Source: an uncultured Chlamydiae bacterium
GTDB taxonomy: Bacteria > Chlamydiota > Chlamydiia > Chlamydiales > JAJFMA01
Direction: 5' to 3'
Length of the DNA: 64,000 bases
Assembly (NCBI GenBank): GCA_963713615.1
Contig: CAVQMM010000001.1
Coordinates: forward strand, 352,001 to 416,000
The translations under genes were made by a program, and so were the position numbers. The notes below the pieces were generated by a model. The model was not told the DNA's origin. It saw only the letters and a list, made by a program, of their open reading frames with translations, and ran no database searches. Numbering within the stretch: the first letter of the stretch is position 1; every line of letters begins with the position of its first letter. This document shows, piece by piece, positions 39,442 to 50,000 of the stretch.

Positions 39442-40636
39442 TCAATATGGATCATCTAAGATAATATGCGTTCCAACAGATTCATCTCCAATTTGAGATG
39501 TAAAGGGATTAATATAGCCGTCACCACCAGTGCTTACTCTCGAATCAAATCTTGGTAGTTTGCTACCTTCTTTCAGGTTTGGCCGTAAACTTGCTTCAGC
39601 CTTTATTTTAATTCTCCACTTAAATTTGCCATCGTCATAAATTCCCCATTTTTCAGGTCCACCATGGGGATTTGGCAGCTTTTCCCATCCTTTGCTCTTG
39701 GCCCAGCCGCGTAGTATGCGAATATTGTTTTGGGCGGTGGGGGAAAGCTGGCTGGCATTGAAGTGAAAGCGGTTTAACGTTACTGGCAACTTTGGTAACG
39801 CTGTATAGACCCCTCTTATAGCGAATTTTCCAACAGACCAACCTAACTTTGCTAAGCCCCATCCACCCGATACTAGGGCTACTGCCTCACAGGCTATCGT
39901 AGCACCATAGCGATAATTTTGGTAAGTCATATCGGAGGGATCAATACCCAAGAAATTCATCGTCCCTTGCTCAAAGGATTGCCGATGTGTTTCCTGCGTT
40001 TGGTCGATGCAATCCCTAATAGCACACTTCTCCTCGGATGGACATTCTGAATCCCATAGTCCAACATTGCAGAAACAATCGCAGAAGCTATGACAAACGG
40101 ACAACCCAAAATCTGCTATACCGGCACATATCCCCTTACAAGCACTTGATGCACGGGAGTTTGAATAAGTGGACTCCCTTTGAACGTTATCACCGCGTGA
40201 TTCCCTGTTCTTTGAAGTGCTGGTCTTTCGCCCACTATCCGTCGCTTTATTTCGGTCATACAGAGCACTGAGTCCCCAAGGGTCTATAAGGGTCAATGGA
40301 TTATTGTGCACATAAGCATAGAGGTTGGGTCCGTCTGAAAAGCCTTGTGGATCGGGTGTTAGCCAGCGTCCTATCGAAGTATCGTAGTCGCGCTTGCCAA
40401 ATTGGAATAAACCTGTATGCGAATCGAGACGCTTACTAGCGAATAGCCATGGGTTAGCGATTGTAGAATGCGCTTGAGCAACATTGGTCGCATCGTAAAT
40501 TTTAAGTTCCCCAAATGCACTATAACGATAGCTTTCAACGGCAATGCCTGTTTCACTGTCCACAAGGCAGCAGACGTTTCCTCGATGGTCATGGATAGGC
40601 GCATATACTTTCTGATTTAGCTCTAATGCAACTTGG
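39442..40636 (-). pseudogene. Orphan Rhs core + toxin E (longest cassette)
   Basis: HDHRGNV, YRYSAFG, NPWLFASKRLD, GRWLTPDPQG, NNPL..IDPWGL, then linker and toxin tip; the shell-encoding 5' part is absent. Confidence 0.88.
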
Positions 40637-40737
40637 CCCGCTCTAGTTCACTCCCCTTCATCCTAGGTCAGACTCTCCTGAGAATGGGTTTACATAAATT
40701 TGGCCAGTTTTATCAGTTAATAACCTCGCATCAAACC

Positions 40738-41064
40738 TTAACTATTTTCGGGTTGCACTTTCGAAACCCATTCAGGCTTAATTCCTAAAATATATTGAAT
40801 GGCAGAGTCTTTTGCGGTCTCAGCCAGTGGTGTTAATATGTTGGAATCAAACTGATTACGTCTAATGAGAATTTCTGCAATGGAAGTACCACATGAGTCG
40901 AGAACAATATCGTTCTCAAAAGGATCAGAACCTATAGATAATAGTGCCTGAAGCACCTCTTCATTATTATATTTACCAAGATATGCTGCAGCTTCATCAC
41001 GCTCATCTTCACGTCCCTGTTTATCTAAGAGTATTTGCAGTAGCAAGATCATATTTTCTGTCAT
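40738..41064 (-). CDS. Putative immunity protein D
   Basis: LLDKQGREDERDEAAAYLGKY...LDSCGTSIAEI. Confidence 0.8.
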   Translation of the reverse strand: MTENMILLLQILLDKQGREDERDEAAAYLGKYNNEEVLQALLSIGSDPFENDIVLDSCGTSIAEILIRRNQFDSNILTPLAETAKDSAIQYILGIKPEWVSKVQPENS

Positions 41065-41069
41065 TATCT

Positions 41070-41483
41070 TCACCAATATTCTCGATCCAGTAAGAGGTGT
41101 CGGCCAATGTCCCTATCACCTGTGTTACCATTGAAAGGATTAACATAGCGATCGCCACGTTTCTCCAATCTTGCATCAAACCGTGGAAGATAACTACTGC
41201 TAGCTAATCCTTCATTACTGCTAGCTTCGGATTTAATCATCAGTCGCCATTCAAACTTACTATTATTGTAGACGCCCCACTTTTCCGGCGCACCCTGAGG
41301 ATTTGGCAATTTTTCCCATCCTTTGCTTTTGGCCCAGCCGCGTAAAATACGAATATTGTTTTGGGCGGTAGGGGAAAGCTGGCTGGCATTGAAGTGAAAG
41401 CGGTTTAACGTTACCGGTAACTTTGGTAACGTTGTAGAGATGCTTCCTATAGCGAATTTTCCAAAAGACCAGCCTAACTTAGC
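41070..41483 (-). pseudogene. Orphan toxin tip D
   Basis: Shared segment, then WRLMIKSE...PRFDARL...NPFNG...GRHLLL. Confidence 0.8.
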
Positions 41484-41513
41484 CGCATCGTAATTTTAAG
41501 TTCTCCAACTGAT

Positions 41514-41840
41514 TTATTCATGAATTTGGCCCAGCCATTCGGGCTTATGTGCTTCTAGGTAATCAATAGCCCTTCTTTTCGCAAGAGGAACTAATTTGTC
41601 TATTATTTTTTTTTGAAATTGATTGCTACGCGATAAAATAATTCCTATAGATTCTCCGGATGTATCTAGTATCATTGGATTTTCTAATTGGTTTGAACAA
41701 ATTTTTATTAAAGCATCTAAAGCTCTATTATCATTGTATTCACCAAGGTATACCGCAGCATCATCGCGTTCATCTTCGCAAGCTGTGGGATCAAATAAAA
41801 TCTCAATCAATAAATCAATATTGTCACGCATAAGCCTCAT
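41514..41840 (-). CDS. Putative immunity protein C
   Basis: EDERDDAAVYLGEY...ILDTSGESIG; TGATG overlap with the toxin C stop. Confidence 0.8.
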   Translation of the reverse strand: MRLMRDNIDLLIEILFDPTACEDERDDAAVYLGEYNDNRALDALIKICSNQLENPMILDTSGESIGIILSRSNQFQKKIIDKLVPLAKRRAIDYLEAHKPEWLGQIHE

Positions 41841-42303
41841 CAGTAAGGATCTTCTAATGAAATATGTCTTCCAATCTGACGCCCACCAGTATTTCCAGAG
41901 AAGGGGTTTATATATTGCTCTCCGGTGGTATCCAACCTGGCATCAAATCTAGGCACATGGCTACCATCCTTTAATCCTGGTCGGAGACTGCATTCAGATT
42001 TGATGCTAAGATGCCATTCAAATACACCATCTTGGTACACTCCCCACTTTTCAGGGGCACCCTGAGGATTTGGCAATTTTTCCCATCCTTTGCTTTTGGC
42101 CCAGCCGCGGAGTATGCGAATATTGTTTTGGGCGGTAGGGGAAAGCTGGCTGGCATTTAAATGAAAGTGGTTTAACGTTACTGGTAATTTTGGTAACGCT
42201 GTATAGACCCCTCTTATAGCGAATTTTCCAACAGACCAGCCTAACTTTGCTAAGCCCCATCCACCCGATACTAGGCCTACTGCCTCACAGGACATTGTAG
42301 CAC
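41840..42303 (-). pseudogene. Orphan toxin tip C, 5'-truncated by IS21
   Basis: ATMSCEAVGLVSGGWG...PRFDARL...GRHISLEDPY. Confidence 0.8.
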
Positions 42304-42595
42304 TGTACGGCGACAGCGATGATGGCACCTCGGCGACACGCAGTTGGCACCTTCCATCACCGCCCGGCGTCAGCGAGTTGGCACCTTCCATCACCGACTG
42401 ACGACAACCTCCTGGCACCTCCTCCATCACCGACCCGCGACACGCGGTTGGCACCTCCCATCACCGCCCGACGACAGTCGGTTGGCACCTAAAAACAGGC
42501 CAGAATCACCCGGGCCCAGATCCTTCTCGTCTGAAGTCCTTCCAGCCCGGTCCATACCCGCAGGGCGAGTATGGACCATCTGTTCTAATTTCTTC

Positions 42596-42928
42596 TCAGA
42601 TCACTGGATCGTCTCCGATAGTCTTTCTAGTGCTACCCTCCGGAGCTTCCAAGTCTTCCTCCAATTTTGCATGAAAGGCATAGATCTGTTCCAGATATTC
42701 TGCAACAAGTTCTCTAAAACGTCTACGTAGATCTTCCTCCAAGCCAGCTACTAGGGCCAATAGCTGAAAAATCCCTTCTCGCACCTCTAAAGATGGGGCC
42801 ACATAAGTCCTGTCTCCACTTAGGGCGTTTTCTATTGAGCTATCGGCTCTACGCTCAAGCTCAGCCACCGCATTTCGTAAATCCTCAACCAAAGCCCTAC
42901 TGAGAAGTATTTCTGAATGATGTTTCAT
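42596..42928 (-). CDS. Hypothetical helical passenger protein in IS21
   Basis: GAGGT RBS overlapping the end of istB; 110-aa acidic helical ORF. Confidence 0.6.
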   Translation of the reverse strand: MKHHSEILLSRALVEDLRNAVAELERRADSSIENALSGDRTYVAPSLEVREGIFQLLALVAGLEEDLRRRFRELVAEYLEQIYAFHAKLEEDLEAPEGSTRKTIGDDPVI

Positions 42929-42930
42929 GT

Positions 42931-43755
42931 TTACCTCGAATCTTGTATTTCTTGATTCATGCAAGTACTCAATGTTTTCGCCCGATCCTGGTCGGTCACA
43001 CTGGCTCTTGCTTTAGCTGACAAGCTGTTCCTGCGATAACTTTCGCCGTTGATCTGGATAATTTGAGCGTCATGTACCAGCCTGTCTATTGCGGCCACCG
43101 CCATAGCTTTATCTTGAAATATGTTGGTCCATTCACTGAATGGCTGATTACATGTTATGATCAGGCTCTTTCGCTCATATCGCTCTGAGATCAGCTCAAA
43201 GAGAACATTTGTTTCCATGAGATCCTTGTTGGCATAGCCAAAATCGTCTAAAATCAAACAATCATATTTATCCAGCTTTGCTAGCGTTGTCGGTAGCGTC
43301 AGGGCCTGTTTTGAGGCTTGAAGCCTTTGAATGAGCTCGGTGGTACGCATGAACAAAACACGGAACTTGTGCTCTAAGAGTCCCGCTCCAATTGCAGCTG
43401 CCAGATGTGTTTTACCAACTCCTGAGGGGCCAAAAATCAGAATGTTTCTGCCCTCGCGTAGCCAGTTCCCACCTGAGGCTAATGTACAAATCAACGTCTT
43501 ATTGAGCGATGTCACTTTGAAGTCGAAGTCTGTAAGTGTTTTACCTAGGGGCAGGCAGGATTCCTTCAGGTGCCTGATCATACGACGATCCGTTCTTCCT
43601 GTTAATTCGTGTTCACACAAGACTTTCAGGCATTTGGCGCTTCCCCACCCTTCAAGGTCCGCTTGATGACTCATTTCTTCCCACAAAGCGGCCATTGTTG
43701 GCAGGCGAAGCTGCTTGAGTAGTATCGGTAGTACTGCTTCTTCTTTTGTAACCAT
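42931..43755 (-). CDS. istB: IS21 helper ATPase
   Basis: GPSGVGKTHLA, LILDDFGY, ERYE, AAIDRLVH, GESYR. Confidence 0.95.
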   Translation of the reverse strand: MVTKEEAVLPILLKQLRLPTMAALWEEMSHQADLEGWGSAKCLKVLCEHELTGRTDRRMIRHLKESCLPLGKTLTDFDFKVTSLNKTLICTLASGGNWLREGRNILIFGPSGVGKTHLAAAIGAGLLEHKFRVLFMRTTELIQRLQASKQALTLPTTLAKLDKYDCLILDDFGYANKDLMETNVLFELISERYERKSLIITCNQPFSEWTNIFQDKAMAVAAIDRLVHDAQIIQINGESYRRNSLSAKARASVTDQDRAKTLSTCMNQEIQDSR

Positions 43756-43771
43756 GAATCTTCTCCTAAAT

Positions 43772-45268
43772 TTATAATGTGGCGTGCTTTAACAGCTCGT
43801 CGTATGAGCCAAGATCGTGTTGTTCAATCTCTACCAGAGGGACAACGTGCTTCGCTTCCTTAAAGTGTTGCTGTAGCTCTTCAAAGCTTGGTATGCGTTG
43901 CTCGTTTAGTGCCTTTCGAAGCTCGGCTGCAATTTGTTGCTGGTGACCGTCTGCAGCCAGCTTTAAGATCCTCACCATTTCCTTACATGCCATACGCTCA
44001 TCAAGCCGCGCATCCAGTAACACCCAAGCCTGGCGAAATTCATCGCTGGGAAATAAATCATCTCTAAAGATGTAGTGTCGAAACGCTTGAGGCTTGCGGA
44101 CAAGCTCAGGAATGACATGGCGATAGTCGATGTTTCTTGGGCGAGGACCCGTCTTGCTCCAACGTAATCGCGGAAAAGTAATGATATGAGAGGCTGCATG
44201 AAAACACTCTAATCGGTCGTCATGAACGTGTACCGTTAACGTATGACCTATCAAGCGCGAAGGCACTGCATAATATGCCTGTCGTACGGTTATGATGCCC
44301 GTGGTAGGAACACCGACGTTTTCTATATCGTGACTGCCTACCTTATGTTTTGGGAGAGGCTTTAGGTGCTTTCGTTCTTCAGCTACTTCAGCCTGACGTC
44401 GCGAATTGTCACTTTTAACAATTTCATCGACAAAGTTTCGATACTCTTGCAGTGAGGAAAAGTCTCTAGAACCCCTCAGGCGCAGCTTTTGATCGATTTT
44501 ATTTTTAAGATGTCTGTGCGAACTTTCAATACTGCCATTTTCATGCTTTACTCCTTTATTGTTTCGCGTGGGCTTTACATCATAGTGTGCGCACATTTCA
44601 TTGTACGCGTTTGTAAGGTCCTCTCTTGCTGATTCATTTAGATTTTTATATGCCGCTGAAAGACTATCGGTACGATGGGTTTCAGGTACCCCACCTAGCT
44701 CCCATAACGCATTTTGAAAACCTGCAGAGAGAGCTACATGGGACTCTCCTCCCAGAATGACAAAGGCATATGCCCAGCCGCTGAATGGAACCCTGAAATG
44801 ATACAGCAAATGAGGAAGCGAAGTACCCTCTATTGTTACATGCAGTTCATTGCAGTTGGTAAAGTCAGAAATGCCCTGAAAACCGGGAGGGTGGTTTTGC
44901 CGAAAGATCCGTTCCTTCTCCCTTCCATGGAGTGCTTTCCATTGCCGAACCCTTCTTTGTAGGGTTCTAAGTAGGCTGTCGGGATATTCCTGTGGATAGC
45001 GTTCCTGGAGATCCCGCATTAAGGTAATGGGCGTTAGGAACGGATCTCTTTCCAACAGGGGAACGAACTCGGTCCTCCAGACTTTCGCGAAGGGGTCTGA
45101 TGAAGATCCAGATTTGGAGCGATACTCCTTGATATGAGTGCCTTTCTCGAAGCGCTTAGCGCTTCGCGTACTAATACCCGCTTTGGCAGCGGCAGTGGCC
45201 TGCATGCTGCCACCGTTTCTAATTTGCATATACAACCTCAATTGTTCTTTCGTAATTCTATTTGACAT
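43772..45268 (-). CDS. istA: IS21 transposase
   Basis: N-terminal HTH, SDFT, GGVP..HRTDSL, HENGSIE, YAVPSRLIG. Confidence 0.95.
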   Translation of the reverse strand: MSNRITKEQLRLYMQIRNGGSMQATAAAKAGISTRSAKRFEKGTHIKEYRSKSGSSSDPFAKVWRTEFVPLLERDPFLTPITLMRDLQERYPQEYPDSLLRTLQRRVRQWKALHGREKERIFRQNHPPGFQGISDFTNCNELHVTIEGTSLPHLLYHFRVPFSGWAYAFVILGGESHVALSAGFQNALWELGGVPETHRTDSLSAAYKNLNESAREDLTNAYNEMCAHYDVKPTRNNKGVKHENGSIESSHRHLKNKIDQKLRLRGSRDFSSLQEYRNFVDEIVKSDNSRRQAEVAEERKHLKPLPKHKVGSHDIENVGVPTTGIITVRQAYYAVPSRLIGHTLTVHVHDDRLECFHAASHIITFPRLRWSKTGPRPRNIDYRHVIPELVRKPQAFRHYIFRDDLFPSDEFRQAWVLLDARLDERMACKEMVRILKLAADGHQQQIAAELRKALNEQRIPSFEELQQHFKEAKHVVPLVEIEQHDLGSYDELLKHATL

Positions 45269-45569
45269 CCTAACTCTCGCTTAAGTTTGGGGACGTCAGC
45301 ATTCTAAATGCTCTCTTGCAAGCTCCCAAGAAAGGACTTCAGACGAGAAGGATCTGGGCCCGGGTGATTCTGGCCTGTTTTTAGGTGCCAACCGACTGTC
45401 GTCGGGCGGTGATGGGAGGTGCCAACCGCGTGTCGCGGGTCGGTGATGGAGGAGGTGCCAGGAGGTTGTCGTCAGTCGGTGATGGAAGGTGCCAACTCGC
45501 TGACGCCGGGCGGTGATGGAAGGTGCCAACTGCGTGTCGCCGAGGTGCCATCATCACTGTCGCCGTACA

Positions 45570-45651
45570 CTATAGCGGCGTCATCCCTTTCTGTAAGTGA
45601 TGCGTTAGCGTCATTAAGAATGTCTATGAGCAACTTAGTCCGATCGTCCAT
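45570..45651 (-). pseudogene. Immunity gene B, truncated by IS21
   Basis: MDDRTKLLIDILNDANASLTERDDAAI runs into the IS21 end. Confidence 0.8.
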
Positions 45652-45659
45652 AAAGCCTT

Positions 45660-45993
45660 CTAGTAATAATTATATTCCAAAGGGATGTGTCCCCCAGAAT
45701 CCCGACCAATTTCCCCAGTGAAAGGATTGACATAGTTTCCCTTGCCAAATCGAGCGCTTGCCCTGGGAATATTGCTATCTGTGCCTAACCCTGCACGAGA
45801 GCTTGCTTCTGGTTTTATCTTTAAATTCCATTCAAATTTATAGGTTAATGAATCTATGCTTCCCCGGGTTTCGGGGCCACCCTGAGGATTTGGCAATTTT
45901 TCCCATCCTTTGCTCTTGGCCCAGCCACGTAGTATGCGAATATTGTTTTGGGCGGTAGGGGAAAGCTGGCTGGCATTTAAGTGAAAGCGGTTT
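45660..45993 (-). pseudogene. Orphan toxin tip B
   Basis: Shared segment, then FEWNLKIKPE...PRASARFG..NPFTG...GGHIPLEY. Confidence 0.8.
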
Positions 45994-46042
45994 GAGGGAT
46001 TTTCTTAAAATCGTTGGGCCAAAAAAAACTCAAACCAACACC

Positions 46043-46405
46043 CTACGACCGACCCTTCGCTCTTGAATTAAATTTCTTAGAAAATTCAGTTTTTAGAGAT
46101 GGCTTAATGAGTTCCGGGCTATGAGCCATGATAAAACCAAATACTATTTCCTGAGCGGACGGGGTTATTTTTCGAAACTCGCTTTCGTAAAATTGGTTCA
46201 GACCAACAGATATTTCACCTATCGATTCTGCGCAATTATCCACCATAGAATGATCTTCGTTAGGGTCCGCTGCAATTTCCGTAAGAGCCAATAATGCTCT
46301 AAGATCTACGTATTCTCTTAAATCAATGGCGGCATCATCCCGTTCATCTTCTCTACCTGCTTTATCCAGCAATATATCAATTAATAACTGCAATCGATCT
46401 TTCAT
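46043..46405 (-). CDS. Putative immunity protein A
   Basis: MKDRLQLLIDILLDKAGREDERDDAAIDLREY...CAESIGEI. Confidence 0.8.
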   Translation of the reverse strand: MKDRLQLLIDILLDKAGREDERDDAAIDLREYVDLRALLALTEIAADPNEDHSMVDNCAESIGEISVGLNQFYESEFRKITPSAQEIVFGFIMAHSPELIKPSLKTEFSKKFNSRAKGRS

Positions 46406-46424
46406 CTCATCTCAAATTTAGTGA

Positions 46425-46923
46425 TTAGAATTCCAAGGGCAAGTGAGTTCCGACTCGCCAATCCCCAACTTGTCCGCTAAAGGGATTAATATAACTTCTT
46501 CCAGCCACGTCCGTACGTAATCGCGCATCAAATCGTGGAAGATAGCTACCATCGTTGAGTCCTGAATTCAAACTCGGTTCGGATTTAATTTTAATTCGCC
46601 ATTCAAACTTACTATTATTGTAGACGCCCCACTTTTCCGGTGCACCCTGAGGATTTGGCAGTTTTTCCCATCCTTTGCTCTTGGCCCAGCCGCGTAAAAT
46701 ACGAATATTGTTTTGGGCGGTAGGGGAAAGCTGGCTGGCATTTAAGTGAAAGCGGTTTAACGTTACTGGTAACTTTGGTAACGCTGTATAGACCCCTCTT
46801 ATAGCGAATTTTCCAACAGACCAGCCTAACTTTGCTAAGCCCCATCCACCCGATACTAGGGTTACTGCCTCACAGGCTATCGTAGCACCATAGCGATAAT
46901 TTTGGTAAGTCATATCGGAGGGA
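46425..46923 (-). pseudogene. Orphan toxin tip A
   Basis: Homology begins at PSDMTYQNYRYG; tip PRFDARL...NPFSG...GTHLPLEF. Confidence 0.8.
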
Positions 46924-47013
46924 CTTTTTAGGACCAAAAACACGATACATAGGATATGATTGAAATACATTAACGTGTTATAATTAGACTAATTATTATA
47001 ACGAAAGATAATT

Positions 47014-50000
47014 ATGAATATAGATTATTTTTATGATAATGATAACGCCTTCATTAACTCTAAGCAGTTAAGTCCCGCGAGTGCCCACTCAGGCGAGATT
47101 GTATCCGAGCACCTAGAGAGGCTACTAAAAGCGGCCGATCGAGCAATGGACCCATTGATGCTGCGGGCAGGGGGAGGCCGACGAGTAATTAATGCCTCTG
47201 TCTCGAGCGTGCTTGATAAGGCGCTCGAGTGCCATCCCGACCTTGGTGAAGGACTGGTTAAGATCGTCTCATCTTCACTAACATCTCCCAGTCAACAGTG
47301 CCGCAACTTGAGCGATATTGGACTTTATCTGTCCTTGCTAAGTCGGAGAGCAGAACAGGATGAAGGCATTAGCCAAGAGGATTACCAATTGCTGCATGAT
47401 CTCGCTGGAGAGATTCAGGAAGTGACGCAACAATTCTTTCAAGCACTAACCCCTGTATGGACTTCACACCTTGATAAAATTGATGGCATCATCAGGGATG
47501 AGCTGCCCAAGGTGAGCCCTCTTCCGCCTGTTGTATCCGTTCTTAATACGCAAAAGGGGACACCATTAGATGATAAGACTTTTGCGCATATTCAGGCAGA
47601 GGCCGTTATTCAGAAATCGGGCTTAGAGGGGCACGCTGAGGAGCCCGTTTTGACTTATCTGGGCGATTTTTTGAAGACCTACGAAGCGAGCTACCTGACC
47701 GGCGATCAAGAGGGTGCAGAGATTACGAAGGAGCTCCCTGCCCTGATCAAGATGATTGATGAAGCTAGGAATCTGGCAAGAGCTGCTAAAAGTAATCAAC
47801 ACATTAACACCAAAAGATTTGAGGAGGATTTTTCGCAACGGCTTCTGAATTTTGAAACGTTATTGAGTACAACAGTTGAAGATCTAAAGCCAGGGGAGAA
47901 AACGCTGGTCCCTGTAGGATGGACAGGGACAAAATCGGGGCATTCCATGAAACTAGGCATCGAACGGGATGAGGAGGGGAAACTAGACGTCGTGCTATAC
48001 AATACTGGCAGTGGTTTAGATTCTTTTCATGCTTCACTAAGGAACGGGAACGCAACATACTATCAGACGTTTATTAGGGCGGAGAATGTTAGTCCCCAGC
48101 GGTTGCTCGATCCACTCTTCGTTCGGGCTCTACTTGAGTTGAACGTCTGTCCTCGTGATCCTGTTGATCAATGTGACACAAAATACTCAGCCAAAGATAT
48201 TTATGCGCTCTTTCAGCAGGGTCTTGATGCTAAAGTGATCACTTGTGAGGGGGTAAGAGACAAATTTGACCTACCTCGGACAGCTGGGATTTGTACCTGG
48301 TCGTCTCTACTTGCTGTCTTTCATCGAGTCCTTAGCCCAAAGGACTACCACAAATTGAACAGTGATATCACCTTCGATGGTTTGTGCACTTACTTTCAGT
48401 CGGTCAAATCCGAAATCCCAGTAAATGAGGAGAAACGCCTGTTATTGCGGCATGCGGCAGTGCGCTGTGGTCAGGTGACTTTAGATGCCTACAGCAACGG
48501 AGCCATATCTCTTGAGCGTTTGCAGGTTATTCAGGCGACGCTAAGGGAGTTGGAGCAGGTGCTCGAGACAGTAGAGGGCAAAGTCACATCTGAAGCAACA
48601 GGAGCATTGATGGAATTGCACTTTCAATGTGTGGAAAGCCCCGTGCCACATGGTGCTATCATCAGGCCGTGGGAACTGGTCGACCTCACGAATGAGTCTG
48701 TGTCTCCAGATTTCTCGGTGCCGGCAGGGTTACCTCTGGTCACCTTTAACTTGGACTGGGTAAACGATCAAGTTCAAATTACAGACGGTTTATTACGCTT
48801 AGAAGAGCATGTCCGCAGTTGTTTTGAGGCCAAAGATAGCCGATCTGGGATAGAGAACCTTAATCAGTTCTTTTCCTGTCTTGCTCAGCCGAATGCTGAG
48901 GATTTGTGGAGGAAGATTCCATTACAACAAAAGACTCAAACGATGGTTCATCTGGCAGATCTGAGCGAATTGCTATTTGATGCGTACTTGGCTCAGCCGT
49001 CGAGCAATCGCACCTTCACGACCTACGCCCATTACGCCAACGCCCTCATGATAGTCTTAGGAGAAGACCATCCCGATGTCGATTTATTTTACAAATATGT
49101 TAATCGAGTATTCTATTTAAACAAAACACGATCTTCGAGTCATTTCGGTAGTCTGCTTGATGATCAAAATCTGTATAGTTCCAATGAGAGACTCTTGCAG
49201 AATAAGGCATTAAATATTTTTTACAGAGATAGCGTAAAAGACAGGCTCAATCTGATTAAATTTGATCAAAAAGAATATCGAATTCCATCGAGGTCTATAA
49301 ATGCGTATCAATATTGTGATCTGGAATACATCCAAATTTTGTTAGAGCGCAATCCGGAGATAGAAGAGAAGTTGAGGGGGCGCTATCCTCGATTTGAAAG
49401 TGAGCTTGCCTTGCCTGATTGGAAAGTGGCGCTTGCCCTGGCAGATTGGCAGGGAGAGATTCTTCCCCCAGAGTTTTGTGCTGCCCGCCGTCAAGCTTTG
49501 ATAGCAAGCTCCTTGCTTGAGGGAAAGGCGCTTGATTCTAAGAAGGGAGAGACCTTTCGATCTGAGATTATTAAAAGGCATGACGGCGGCCCATCTCTCG
49601 TGTTTACCTCCCCTCCCACCGAGCGGCCATTGCCTTTTCGCGACTTCAAATCGGATCGATTATTTGATGAAGTTTGCCAGATTCGAAAGAGGCAAAACCA
49701 GGTTATCAGACAGAATGGGGCGAGCTTTTTCAATTTTGAATCTGAAGCGGATGTTATGTTAAAGCCTCTGAACGAATGGGAGCGTAGTCTTGAGCTGATT
49801 CTCACCCAAGGGGATCGTAACGCCGAAGAACAATACCTTGAGCAGCAGGTGACTAAGACAGTTGCTTACTTTTCGGAACACCTTGCGGAACTCGCGGACC
49901 ATGATACGCGTATGCTGTGCCGCCTGTTGATCTTTGAGTGCGATTATATCGAAACGCTTTTGCGCTTGAATCCGGCTTTGGGGAACGTTCTGTCTCAGTT

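Larger units (their letters stand above)
42304..45569 (-). mobile_element. IS21-family element with 238-bp terminal inverted repeats and a passenger ORF
   Basis: TG...CA termini; 42304-42541 is the reverse complement of 45332-45569 (one mismatch seen); contains istA and istB. Confidence 0.93.

Noticed and set aside
42320..42490. CRISPR-like repeats TTGGCACC(T)TCCATCACCG with short spacers (mirrored at 45380-45550)
   Set aside because: Spacers are only ~15-17 nt and resemble one another, the arrays lie inside IS21 terminal repeats, and there are no cas genes; better explained as IstA-binding repeats
42304..42730. ORF starts MPTACRGSV.. and MAPSITARR.. (also at 45296-45721)
   Set aside because: Translations of the IS21 inverted repeats, not genes; the apparent fusion to toxin C is incidental
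33113..46923. Integron cassette array or diversity-generating retroelement
   Set aside because: No integrase or reverse transcriptase, no attC-like sites, cassette 5' ends fall at different points, and variation is not adenine-specific
46924..46970. N-terminal extension MYFNHILC.. giving toxin A a start codon
   Set aside because: Not homologous to other cassettes, no RBS, and lies in the AT-rich region upstream of the giant gene; expression cannot be excluded but is unsupported
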